Position numbers and translations under genes: made by a program
Shown here: positions 14,231 to 22,945 of the stretch, one piece after another
How positions within the stretch are numbered: position 1 is the stretch's first letter
Layout of the letters: the number at the start of each line of letters is the position of its first letter
The notes under the pieces: generated by a model
Told to the model about the DNA's origin: nothing
What the model saw: only the letters and a program-made list of their open reading frames with translations
The model's database searches: none
From: a virus
Virus genome (UHGV): UHGV-0331319
Reading direction: 5' to 3' (one strand)
DNA: 40,398 bases

Positions 14231-17121
14231 GTCGTACCTCCATTTCTAATTTCGTCAATCTGTGCCATGATATCCACGATCACCGCCCTAGTATCCTGCA
14301 CATACTCCACCGCCACGTCTGGTTCCGGCCCTCCTGCGGTAATGGTGATGTGGGTGGTGCCGGTAAAGGTGGTAAGGGCGTTTAGGGCGGATTGGGTCGC
14401 GGCGGGGAGGGGTTCCCAGGTGGGGGCATCCAGGACAAACATTACGTATACATCATGGTCTGTTACATATTGTTTGATGGCTGTATTAACCTCGGCAAAT
14501 GTGGCGGTTGTCAGTACTCCAAGGGCTGTTATTGGCACCGTAATATATATCGCTCCGAGAGAATTGATTGTATAAATATTATCCCTGCCGCCTTTTGGTA
14601 TATTCCAATCGTTAACTATACCAGCTTGCGCTATGTTGCAATAGCCGGTTGCTTTAACCTCATTGCTATATATCCTAGCTTTATTCAAACCGTTATAGCG
14701 TTTTGAATATATGGCAGTGTACCTATTATCAATAATGCAATTGGGATAGGTGCTGGTCATGCTTCCGGCTGATGGTATTACCGTATCTTCGGTTAGTTTG
14801 CCTAACAAGATGTTTCGCTCCACGCCCCACTCTCCATCCTTACACAGGATTCTATCCCTGTACTCTCCAATGCCATATAGTGGGGCTGTCAGTTGGATGG
14901 TTGCGGTCTTGGACTGGTAGGGCTGCCAGGGGAGGGCTGTGCTGCCAGCATTAACCATTACCTTCTGAGTACCAGAGACTATTGCTTCTCCCGCCATACC
15001 ATAATATCCAAATTTGATATATAAGGTATTCATATCTGCTGCATTCGGGATCGATTCGGTTACTTTAGTTACTCCAGTCAGCTGTAGAGTTTTTACTGTT
15101 CCGTTTTTATCATAAAAATTAAAAAAGAAATATGGATAAACAGAGACATTAGAGTATACTGTAAATGTTCTTTCGCTTTTAATTAACGCCATTGTTTCTT
15201 CATGTGTTAGCGAAATTGTATTTCCAAAATTTTCCTGTAATGCACCGCTCCCAGCTACCGTAAAGCTCCCATCGCTATTATTGGTTACTGTAGCACCACC
15301 AGTGCTTTTGTTAGGTATCCTGCTGGCATCAAATAGCTGATCCCCCATCACCATCACATCCAACGGCTGCGGATACTCCTCTGATGGGCTGGGTTTGCCA
15401 CCGGTGTAGGGTTCCCAGGGGAGGGCTGTGCTTCCAGCATTAACCATTACTTTTTGAGTACCAGAGACAATAGACTCATCAGCACGACCATAATACCCAG
15501 TTTGGATATATAGGGTATTCATATCTGCTTCCGCTGGAAGTGACTTGGTAACGCTGGTCACATTTAACAGCAGCAGTCGCATGACCGCTCCGTTTTTGTC
15601 GTAAAATTCAAAGTAGAAATGTGGATACGTTGCAATGTTAGCAGCTGCTGTAAATACCCTATCGTTTCCGATCAATGTCATGGTTTCTTCGTGCGTTAAA
15701 GTACATCTGGTGTCAAGTGTACCTGTCATAGTCCCGGCACCACTAATTGTTATACTGCCATCAGCATTATTGACTATTGTTGCTCCACCCACACTTTTGT
15801 TTAACACTTTACTTGAATCAAACAGTTGCACCCCCGTTGTAACCGTCCCTGTGCTGATAATCGGCTGGGGATAGTCTGGGCTGGGGGAGGGCTGACCTCC
15901 GGTGTAAGGTTCCCAGGGTTTGGCTGTGGATCCGGTATTGATCATAGGATATACAACTGCGCTAAACCCTGACAATCCCTGATATAATTGTAAGAAGCAT
16001 TCGATTTTTGTCTCAGTTCCGTCTACTAAAAAAGATGCATCACTTACAACAGTCGAGGAATCACCATGCCATAGTTTAATCCTCACAAATATCTTGGAAT
16101 CACCTATAGGGGCACTTCCGCTTATGTAGTAAGTTCCGGGTGATAGGGCAACCGTAACAACAGCAGAGTTAGCGGCATTCTGTAATGTATTTCCTGTAAC
16201 TAAAATTCCGCCATCTTCCTCTACAGTAAATTTCACTTCATTATGCATTCGTTCTAATTTAGAACTGTCCAACAACTGCGCACCGGTCGTTGCCACCTGC
16301 TCACTCTCTCCGCTTATCCGCAGGTCAGGTATCGGCGCCTCCCACGCATCCCCCACTGTAACCCGCCCAGTACCGGATGCAGAGCCGATCAGGGCATTGG
16401 CGTACTTAAGATCAGTCTCTCGCTTGTTATAGCCCACAAATGTCTCTTTTTGGCTCTCCACGTAGTCCTTGTTTTCCTGTAACGCCTGTGCTGATGCATC
16501 CGCAGACTGTGCTGCTGCCGTGGCTGATCCCGCAGCCGCAGTCTTGCTGGCCTGGGCATCATTGGCGTATCCCTGGGCAGTGGATACCTTACTCTCCATC
16601 TGCTGTACAAACTGCTCATACCAGGACGGGTCCGGTTCCGGTATACCCCCGCCTATCTCCAGGCCGTCATGGATGGTGTATGTTGCCGGTAGGGTTTTCC
16701 AGATGGTCCGATCCCCCACACTGTTGGTGCCGGTTGCATAGATCATCATCTGGATTGATCCGGGCTCCTGTGTTGCCTGTCCCGGTATCATCCAACACAT
16801 CCTGACGTAATTGTCCGACCATGATACATTACAGGGTACGCCGTCACTGCCACCATAGACTGTCTGGTAGTGGATATACAGATTTTGCTTGGTCAAATCC
16901 ATGGCATCATCATACCGCGGCAGCTGGAAGCCCACAAACTGGGCGTTCTGCTCGCCTCGGACGGATACCTGGTCATTAAAATCTGCAATGCGCTTGTTGG
17001 TGACCGGGACATACTCCGGCTCCGCGTACATGGTGTAGGATGGATAGTTGTTATCCTTGGTCCATGTCTCATCCCCGGCTGCATAAGCCTGTCTTGTAAG
17101 GATCTCGTCTACTGTTGCCAT
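14227..17121 (-). CDS. large tail fibre / host-specificity protein, 964 aa, with an internally triplicated roughly 160-aa module
   Basis: protein repeats ...STA(K/L)PWEPYTGG(Q/K)PSPS(P/E)(D/E)YPQP...; Ala/Gln-rich coiled segment; position between holin and endolysin. Confidence 0.6.
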   Translation of the reverse strand: MATVDEILTRQAYAAGDETWTKDNNYPSYTMYAEPEYVPVTNKRIADFNDQVSVRGEQNAQFVGFQLPRYDDAMDLTKQNLYIHYQTVYGGSDGVPCNVSWSDNYVRMCWMIPGQATQEPGSIQMMIYATGTNSVGDRTIWKTLPATYTIHDGLEIGGGIPEPDPSWYEQFVQQMESKVSTAQGYANDAQASKTAAAGSATAAAQSADASAQALQENKDYVESQKETFVGYNKRETDLKYANALIGSASGTGRVTVGDAWEAPIPDLRISGESEQVATTGAQLLDSSKLERMHNEVKFTVEEDGGILVTGNTLQNAANSAVVTVALSPGTYYISGSAPIGDSKIFVRIKLWHGDSSTVVSDASFLVDGTETKIECFLQLYQGLSGFSAVVYPMINTGSTAKPWEPYTGGQPSPSPDYPQPIISTGTVTTGVQLFDSSKVLNKSVGGATIVNNADGSITISGAGTMTGTLDTRCTLTHEETMTLIGNDRVFTAAANIATYPHFYFEFYDKNGAVMRLLLLNVTSVTKSLPAEADMNTLYIQTGYYGRADESIVSGTQKVMVNAGSTALPWEPYTGGKPSPSEEYPQPLDVMVMGDQLFDASRIPNKSTGGATVTNNSDGSFTVAGSGALQENFGNTISLTHEETMALIKSERTFTVYSNVSVYPYFFFNFYDKNGTVKTLQLTGVTKVTESIPNAADMNTLYIKFGYYGMAGEAIVSGTQKVMVNAGSTALPWQPYQSKTATIQLTAPLYGIGEYRDRILCKDGEWGVERNILLGKLTEDTVIPSAGSMTSTYPNCIIDNRYTAIYSKRYNGLNKARIYSNEVKATGYCNIAQAGIVNDWNIPKGGRDNIYTINSLGAIYITVPITALGVLTTATFAEVNTAIKQYVTDHDVYVMFVLDAPTWEPLPAATQSALNALTTFTGTTHITITAGGPEPDVAVEYVQDTRAVIVDIMAQIDEIRNGGTT
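14924..14984. repeat. about 61-bp near-identical direct repeat (copy 1) inside the fibre gene
   Basis: tgccaggggagggctgtgctgccagcattaaccattaccttctgagtaccagagac is repeated at 15413-15473 with about 3 mismatches; a third degenerate copy lies near 15901. Confidence 0.6.
15413..15473. repeat. about 61-bp near-identical direct repeat (copy 2) inside the fibre gene
   Basis: see copy 1. Confidence 0.6.
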
Positions 17122-17452
17122 GCCTGTCCACTCCCTCTCTCTTGTTTGATCGTGATCAGATTGGTGGTAATCCGCTGCCCGTTCTCACGCTGACCGACTA
17201 CCCCGATTTTAAATTGATCATAAGCCGCCACCTCGTCCGGCACAATACAGGCCCCGTTCCTGATCAGCGTGGCTACTTCACGGTCCTGCAAGCGGGGATA
17301 AAAAGCTGCCACCCGGACCGTATCGTCCCAATCGGGGCCGAACTCAAACGCTACCTGAAGATAACCGGATGTCCCCGCAATTATGTTGCTAAAATCACAG
17401 CCAGGAGCCCTCGTCAACTCCTGGCCGGATACTCTAAATCTTAGTGTCCTCA
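17109..17452 (-). CDS. hypothetical tail-associated protein, 114 aa
   Basis: GAAAGG + 8 nt + ATG (MRTLRFRV...); its 3' end overlaps the fibre-gene start. Confidence 0.45.
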
Positions 17453-17472
17453 TAGCATTGCCTTTCTGCCGG

Positions 17473-17730
17473 TTACCGCTTAACTCCCGGTCCATGGTCC
17501 ACATCATCCATGATCCCACCGGCAGGTCCAGACGGCACTACTGTCACCGGTATCTCCTCATGCGCTGGAGGAGCCGGATTGTCGTCACGCTCATCAGCTT
17601 TACCGGTTGTTGGCCCAGTTGTTACATAGGTGATGTCCTGGGTGCCCTTGGGCCTGGCCTTCTGCGCTGCGTCATTTCTTCTCTGTTCCTCTGTCCTCTT
17701 GTCTGCTGCATTCTTCCTTAATACTGCCAT
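17473..17730 (-). CDS. hypothetical protein, 85 aa, Pro/Asp-rich
   Basis: AAGAAAGAGAGG upstream of ATG; immediately downstream of the holin. Confidence 0.4.
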   Translation of the reverse strand: MAVLRKNAADKRTEEQRRNDAAQKARPKGTQDITYVTTGPTTGKADERDDNPAPPAHEEIPVTVVPSGPAGGIMDDVDHGPGVKR

Positions 17731-17748
17731 GATCTTGTCCTCTCTTTC

Positions 17749-18207
17749 TTAGTTGACCTTCTCGGTCTCTGCGTTAATAAGTTTCTCTGTTACGGCCAGG
17801 CCCTTGATTAAAAAAGCTGGCACGTTGTAACCACATTCCACCAGGTTCTCCAGGATACTGCGGATCTCATTGACTAATAGACACGCCAGCGTGAACCATC
17901 CCAAAAGCAGCAGGAAATCCAGGTTAAGTCCCAGAATGTCATGCCCCAGGCCAATAAATAATTTCGGCATCAAAAAGGATACCAGGATGATCACCCAGTA
18001 GCCCAGTTTCTTTAGGATACCTTTTAATCCAGTCTTACTTGACTCTCGTCCCAGCTTCCTGGCCTTGTACCAGCCAGTCAGCCAGTCCAGGACATTGCAA
18101 AGCAGATACCCCGCAAATATGTACCAGTATGGCCCCAGTATGGCCACCAGGACCGTTACGGCTGCCCCATAGGCAGCATTACACTTATCTAAAAATCTCA
18201 TTTTCAT
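17749..18207 (-). CDS. holin-like four-helix membrane protein
   Basis: four predicted hydrophobic helices plus a charged C-terminal tail; AGGTGAGG + 3 nt + ATG (MKMRFLDK). Confidence 0.5.
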   Translation of the reverse strand: MKMRFLDKCNAAYGAAVTVLVAILGPYWYIFAGYLLCNVLDWLTGWYKARKLGRESSKTGLKGILKKLGYWVIILVSFLMPKLFIGLGHDILGLNLDFLLLLGWFTLACLLVNEIRSILENLVECGYNVPAFLIKGLAVTEKLINAETEKVN

Positions 18208-18366
18208 ATACCTCACCTTTCCTCTTCTTTGCCGTATACAATGGTTTAAATACGGCCTGTGTTATCATAAATTACTAACACTTTCATCTTACATTTTCCT
18301 TTCTTCATGATATAATGTGACTATGTAGGTCCCTTTGATTGGGATCTATTTTTCATCTCCTTATAA

Positions 18367-18397
18367 TTGGGGTTACAGGAAGTTGGGAAGGGTATGT
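18367..18397. repeat. 31-bp perfect inverted repeat, copy L: TTGGGGTTACAGGAAGTTGGGAAGGGTATGT
   Basis: identical to the reverse complement of 19287-19317. Confidence 0.9.
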
Positions 18398-18821
18398 ACC
18401 CGAATCAAAAGACCTGTATTATAAAGGGACCAATTCTGGCAATTTAAAATTCGGCACAGCCTTTACGTTTGTCTCGGGCGGATCTGTTATTTTTGATACG
18501 GCTCAAATGACATGCAAGGCTGATAACGGAGCGGCATTTAGATGCTGTTACTTATATCCCAGCGCATCACATAATTTAACTCCTTACAGTGCATTAAAGG
18601 TAGACTTTCGGGCTGGGACTGGAAAACTTACTGCCGACTCCAAGTTATACTACGGCACCAGTCTATCCGCAGTTACCACAGATTCGGTGGGGGGATCCTT
18701 AAGTGGCAATACCTTATCATTTAATATCAGTGCCATTAATGCAACGCGATATATCGCGCTTTATTTATACTGTAGTGGTGCTGGGGTTACATTTTATATT
18801 GACCGGGTCTATTTTGCATAG
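18367..18821 (+). CDS. silent alternative tail-fibre C-terminal cassette (variant B), inverted relative to the expressed fibre gene
   Basis: starts inside the 31-bp inverted repeat and encodes GVTGSWEGYV...DLYYKG..., the same junction peptide as residues about 107-125 of the minus-strand fibre protein, then a divergent roughly 130-aa domain; no ATG or RBS of its own at the junction. Confidence 0.55.
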
Positions 18822-18835
18822 CTATAAACTGGACG

Positions 18836-19585
18836 TTACGCTACTCTAATCCTGAAAACATTCCCGGTGAATGGTGTCCTGCTCCATGATGGATCACTGT
18901 CACTTCCATGAGCATCGTTATAATATTCGACCGATAAATAAATCTTTGGGGCAAAAGATCCTGCCAATGCGGTAATATCCGTAACAAGGTCAAGCGTTGA
19001 CTTCAGACCCATGTTGGTCCTAGATGTTTTTATCTTTGTTGACCCATTCCATAGCTCGATGACTGCAATGTAATAGTCAGCATCAGTATAATAATCAACA
19101 CCCGCTAAGTTGAAATTAACAATCAGCTTAGTGTAACCACTCCATGTAAATGCTTTGCCAGCGGTAAATTGGGGATAGGAGTATTTGGTTATTTGAATCC
19201 TGTCTGATCCAAAATACACAGCTGCATTATTGCCTGTGAAGCTATACGCATTATTCCCCTTGTAATATAAATCGGTGGCCGCAGCGACATACCCTTCCCA
19301 ACTTCCTGTAACCCCAAATATCGGCACACCCTTTTTGATATTGGCCGCTTTCAGATTGGGATCCCCTTTGATCGTTTGTGCACCGGTCAAAAACTGGTTG
19401 GCAGCAATGCTCTGGTTCGCCGTTCCTGGTGTATATGTAGCCGCTGCTTTTTCAGTCATGGTGCCAGTTAAGGGATTCCCATTTTTGTCTACGATCACTT
19501 TACCTTTTCTTATATCTGCTGCTGCGGCGGTCACTACATCAAGATCAACTCCGCCTCCGCCACAAGGTATCAAAATATCACTCAT
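18836..19585 (-). CDS. tail fibre / receptor-binding protein, 249 aa, with an exchangeable C-terminal domain (variant A currently in frame)
   Basis: constant N-terminus (about 1-106) then GVTGSWEGYV junction encoded by the inverted repeat, then a variable domain ending at 18836. Confidence 0.65.
   Translation of the reverse strand: MSDILIPCGGGGVDLDVVTAAAADIRKGKVIVDKNGNPLTGTMTEKAAATYTPGTANQSIAANQFLTGAQTIKGDPNLKAANIKKGVPIFGVTGSWEGYVAAATDLYYKGNNAYSFTGNNAAVYFGSDRIQITKYSYPQFTAGKAFTWSGYTKLIVNFNLAGVDYYTDADYYIAVIELWNGSTKIKTSRTNMGLKSTLDLVTDITALAGSFAPKIYLSVEYYNDAHGSDSDPSWSRTPFTGNVFRIRVA
19287..19317. repeat. 31-bp perfect inverted repeat, copy R
   Basis: reverse complement equals 18367-18397; lies inside the fibre gene at the constant/variable junction. 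Confidence 0.9.
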
Positions 19586-20033
19586 TCGCGCTCACCCCCA
19601 CTAACTTGATATTAAAATCTGACGTTGGTTTTTTCTTCGGGCAGTAAAATGTAGCCTCTCCATTCCCAGCAATACCCGCTTTAACCAGTGCCCCCATCTT
19701 ATCCCATGTATTTGCCGTGGCCACCGCAGTGGTAGACTTGATGGCGCTCATCATCTGCACCTTATCTGTCTCCTTTAGGCCGGGGACGCTAACCGTTTGA
19801 GCGTAAGGAGCAGTACTACTCCAGTTAGCTGCCAGTAAAGTCAGTTCCACTTCTCTGGTCATGCGGTTGATCTCTGTGGTGATGGCGTTGATATCTTCGG
19901 GCTTAAATAGATCCCCCTCCTGACTGTATGTAGTCACATCCACAATCTCGGATTTTCCCTGCGCATCCGTACTAATCTGATACTTACGGTTGCCTTCAAA
20001 GACATCTGCCTTATAATTTGTTTTCAGTGCCAT
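19578..20033 (-). CDS. hypothetical tail protein, 151 aa
   Basis: in tail gene string; start overlaps the downstream gene. Confidence 0.5.
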   Translation of the reverse strand: MALKTNYKADVFEGNRKYQISTDAQGKSEIVDVTTYSQEGDLFKPEDINAITTEINRMTREVELTLLAANWSSTAPYAQTVSVPGLKETDKVQMMSAIKSTTAVATANTWDKMGALVKAGIAGNGEATFYCPKKKPTSDFNIKLVGVSANE

Positions 20034-20035
20034 AT

Positions 20036-20449
20036 TTACCTCCTGTTTCCTATCGCTTTAGCCCCCAGCTTGAATGATAGGCGCTGCTGTCCGCTCACCA
20101 TGCTGTCGTACATATCTCCCAAATCCTTAAGTATCTGTTCGATATCATTCGCCTGATAGACGCTGCTGTATGTAATTTTTGCTGGGGTGACCGGCGTGCT
20201 GGTCTTTGTAAAATAAGCCGCCCGCAAGGCTTTTATGTTTCCCAATAAGCGGGCCATTTCTGTATCCGTCCGGAAGTCCTCCATCCCCCACTCTTTAGTC
20301 CGGATGTCAACATGCAGCAGTCCAGCCAGCAGAGCGCATGCCTGCTCCACACGGTTCAGGTCCGTATAGGCTATATATGCCCTATCCGTATCATTGGCCA
20401 GGTCATCCGCCGTCCTATCCGTTATCAGCGTATCTAATACCGTACTCAT
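20036..20449 (-). CDS. hypothetical tail protein, 137 aa
   Basis: in tail gene string. Confidence 0.5.
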   Translation of the reverse strand: MSTVLDTLITDRTADDLANDTDRAYIAYTDLNRVEQACALLAGLLHVDIRTKEWGMEDFRTDTEMARLLGNIKALRAAYFTKTSTPVTPAKITYSSVYQANDIEQILKDLGDMYDSMVSGQQRLSFKLGAKAIGNRR

Positions 20450-22542
20450 TTCACTGTCACCTCCGCTGTGATCTTGCGCCGGCTGAATTTAAAATCCAGC
20501 TTTGTGATGTTTCCTGTCATGGTTCCCTTGATCCCGGTGACTACATTCACACGGTTCCCTAGTTCCTGATCGTTTATGACAGCCCGGAAACTGATACTCT
20601 CATTGTTACTATAATAATCATAGACACGATCCAGGACTGCCTGGGCATTGCTACCAGTCACCAGCGTAGCCTCCTTGACCTCGGCAATGTTTTTGTTCTG
20701 GGTGATTTTCGGGTTTTCCTTTACCAAACTGACCATGCTGTGGTTATACTTAATCCCATTCAGTACCACTTCCCCGCCTGTGCCAGTAATGTATGCATAG
20801 TTGGCGCCGTGATCCCCAAGTGTCCCACCAGCGATTGACAGTCCGTGATACGGCTCCGAAAACTCTACTTTTGTGGTCCCGGTAAGGTTGCCTTTATACA
20901 ACTGAGCCGTTTCTGTCCCTGGATCATAGCTATGTGCATATAGCCGGATCCCGGTTATGATGTCGCTGTGCTCCAAGGTCAACCCCAAGAATATATCCCT
21001 GGCCGTAAATTCTCCTGTCACCTCTGTCTGCTGTGGATAGATGTACAACTGCCGGTCGTAACTGGTATCCACCAGGGCGCCAATGGCAAAGGCAAGCTGC
21101 TGCAGGGCCGCACGTTTAGTACATATTGGCAGGTATCCGCTTACCGTGGTGCTTGCATAGGCATCATCCAGAAAATAGGTGATCCCCTCCCCATCCATAA
21201 TGCCGTCCAGGATATCTGATACAAGAGTGTTGCTGTATATCCCACCCATGAATTGATTGTTATCCAAGATCCCTACTGCATCTTGGGTTTCCACAGAGTA
21301 CCGTTTCTCTCCCAACTGCTTGCCGTCCTTCAGGTAAAAAATACCCAGGATAGCCTCATCAAAATATAATGTCTGTTTCTGTTTTTTCTGAAATTCAAAT
21401 GCATATTCCGACTTGCTCCGGATCGTATAGTCCATGGTGTTGATGCTGACCTCTTCGGATATTGGATTCAGCTCCATCAGGCAGTTGATGTCTTCTATCT
21501 CATCATCCTTGAAAATACGGATAAGGCCCCAGGTAATCCCTGTGAGGAATACATTCCGGTATGGCTTGCTGGTCTCCAGGAATGTGATAACAACCTTGTT
21601 ATAATAATCCACGATTCCATAACAAAAATAATTGTATGTATCCGGATAGTAGTTCTGATTAGCCAGCAGCGTATCATCCCGATACCATTTGATGTTGACC
21701 TCGCTACAGTAATCCCCAGAATAATCATTAAATGTCAAGGTTATCCCCACACTGGAATGATTCTGCCCGAATACGAATGTCAATGCCGGAGGCGCCGTGA
21801 AGCGCCCCTCCGCATCCGATATGCTGTCACTGACATATCCCATATCATCCAAGGTATCCGGAGCATTACTATACCCTCCGTCCATTTTGGCGTATCGCGG
21901 CAGGCACAGGGCATAATCTGGGAACTCAACGCCCACCTTCAGGTCTTGCAAGTCAACATAGTAGTCCTTGTCATCCGTTGCTGCTGTATGATCATCTGCG
22001 GCTCCCAGAGCAATGTCGTCATAGACAATCTTAAGTCCGCCGGCATCCGTCATCCTCTGGTTTTTCAGTACGGACAGCCACAGATACCGGTATGGCCGGT
22101 TGGTCTCCAGGAATGTGATAACCAGCTGGTTAAACAACGGTACTTTGGCCCGGCAAAAGTACTCCACCCCATCTGGCGCAAACTCCTGCTCCTGGACCAG
22201 TTCCGTGTCCTTATACCAGGCTATTTTAAGCCTGCTGGCATAATCCCCGGATATCCGGTTAAACACCATGGACACGCCATTGCTGGTCTTAAGCCGGTCA
22301 AAGGTGACCGTTATCACTGGCGGTACCCCAAAGTCCCCATCCTGGCCACTCAGGGCCGTACTGATATACCCATTCTGCCCCTGCTCCAACACATCTGGCA
22401 CGTTACTGTATGTCCCCTCCATCTTAGCGTAGCGGGGCAGGCAGTAAGCGTAGGGGGGCATGTTCTGTTCATAGCTTGTTAGATCATCCACGGAGGAGTA
22501 CGGCTGCTGTCCATTGGTCTCTACCCTTATATCCCACTTCAA
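20446..22542 (-). CDS. distal tail / baseplate protein (Dit/Tal-like), 698 aa, with a tandemly duplicated roughly 170-aa N-terminal domain
   Basis: two consecutive copies of ...Y(A/L)(Y/L)CLPRYAKM(E/D)G(T/G)YSN(V/A)PD(V/T)L...ITFLET(N/S)(R/K)PYR...; located two genes after the tape measure. Confidence 0.55.
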   Translation of the reverse strand: MKWDIRVETNGQQPYSSVDDLTSYEQNMPPYAYCLPRYAKMEGTYSNVPDVLEQGQNGYISTALSGQDGDFGVPPVITVTFDRLKTSNGVSMVFNRISGDYASRLKIAWYKDTELVQEQEFAPDGVEYFCRAKVPLFNQLVITFLETNRPYRYLWLSVLKNQRMTDAGGLKIVYDDIALGAADDHTAATDDKDYYVDLQDLKVGVEFPDYALCLPRYAKMDGGYSNAPDTLDDMGYVSDSISDAEGRFTAPPALTFVFGQNHSSVGITLTFNDYSGDYCSEVNIKWYRDDTLLANQNYYPDTYNYFCYGIVDYYNKVVITFLETSKPYRNVFLTGITWGLIRIFKDDEIEDINCLMELNPISEEVSINTMDYTIRSKSEYAFEFQKKQKQTLYFDEAILGIFYLKDGKQLGEKRYSVETQDAVGILDNNQFMGGIYSNTLVSDILDGIMDGEGITYFLDDAYASTTVSGYLPICTKRAALQQLAFAIGALVDTSYDRQLYIYPQQTEVTGEFTARDIFLGLTLEHSDIITGIRLYAHSYDPGTETAQLYKGNLTGTTKVEFSEPYHGLSIAGGTLGDHGANYAYITGTGGEVVLNGIKYNHSMVSLVKENPKITQNKNIAEVKEATLVTGSNAQAVLDRVYDYYSNNESISFRAVINDQELGNRVNVVTGIKGTMTGNITKLDFKFSRRKITAEVTVK

Positions 22543-22545
22543 TCT

Positions 22546-22944
22546 TTACCGCCTCCTCTGTGGCTCCATGGCCGTAAAATTCAGGGACAGCCCATCCATG
22601 CCCCAGATGTTCTTCCCGTTCCGGATCCGTAGCTTATCCTTACCCTGGCTGACGTAAGCTTGGAAAGTCAGCGTTTCCTGGCCATAGGGAAATGTCATCT
22701 CATGGCTTGCATAGTTCGGATCGGATATGATGTTGTAAAACGCATCATAGGATGCCAGGTCGTCCGTCTTGGGGTAGATCTTCATTGTGTAGTTGTAGAA
22801 GGTCCCTATGATGTCCCTGTCCATGGTGTAGTCCATGGTACGTCCGGACTGCTCGGAATCCGTAACAGCAAAGCTGCGTTCCAGAGAATCCTTCTCCACC
22901 TCAACGTTATACGCCTTACCGTCCAATAAGAATACCTTATCCAT
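22546..22944 (-). CDS. small distal tail protein, 132 aa
   Basis: immediately follows the tape measure gene. Confidence 0.5.
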   Translation of the reverse strand: MDKVFLLDGKAYNVEVEKDSLERSFAVTDSEQSGRTMDYTMDRDIIGTFYNYTMKIYPKTDDLASYDAFYNIISDPNYASHEMTFPYGQETLTFQAYVSQGKDKLRIRNGKNIWGMDGLSLNFTAMEPQRRR

Positions 22945-22945
22945 A

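Noticed and set aside
14227-17121. Diversity-generating retroelement targeting the fibre repeats
   Set aside because: No reverse transcriptase gene anywhere in the window. The repeat copies differ at scattered positions rather than adenine-specific sites. Read as ordinary domain triplication.
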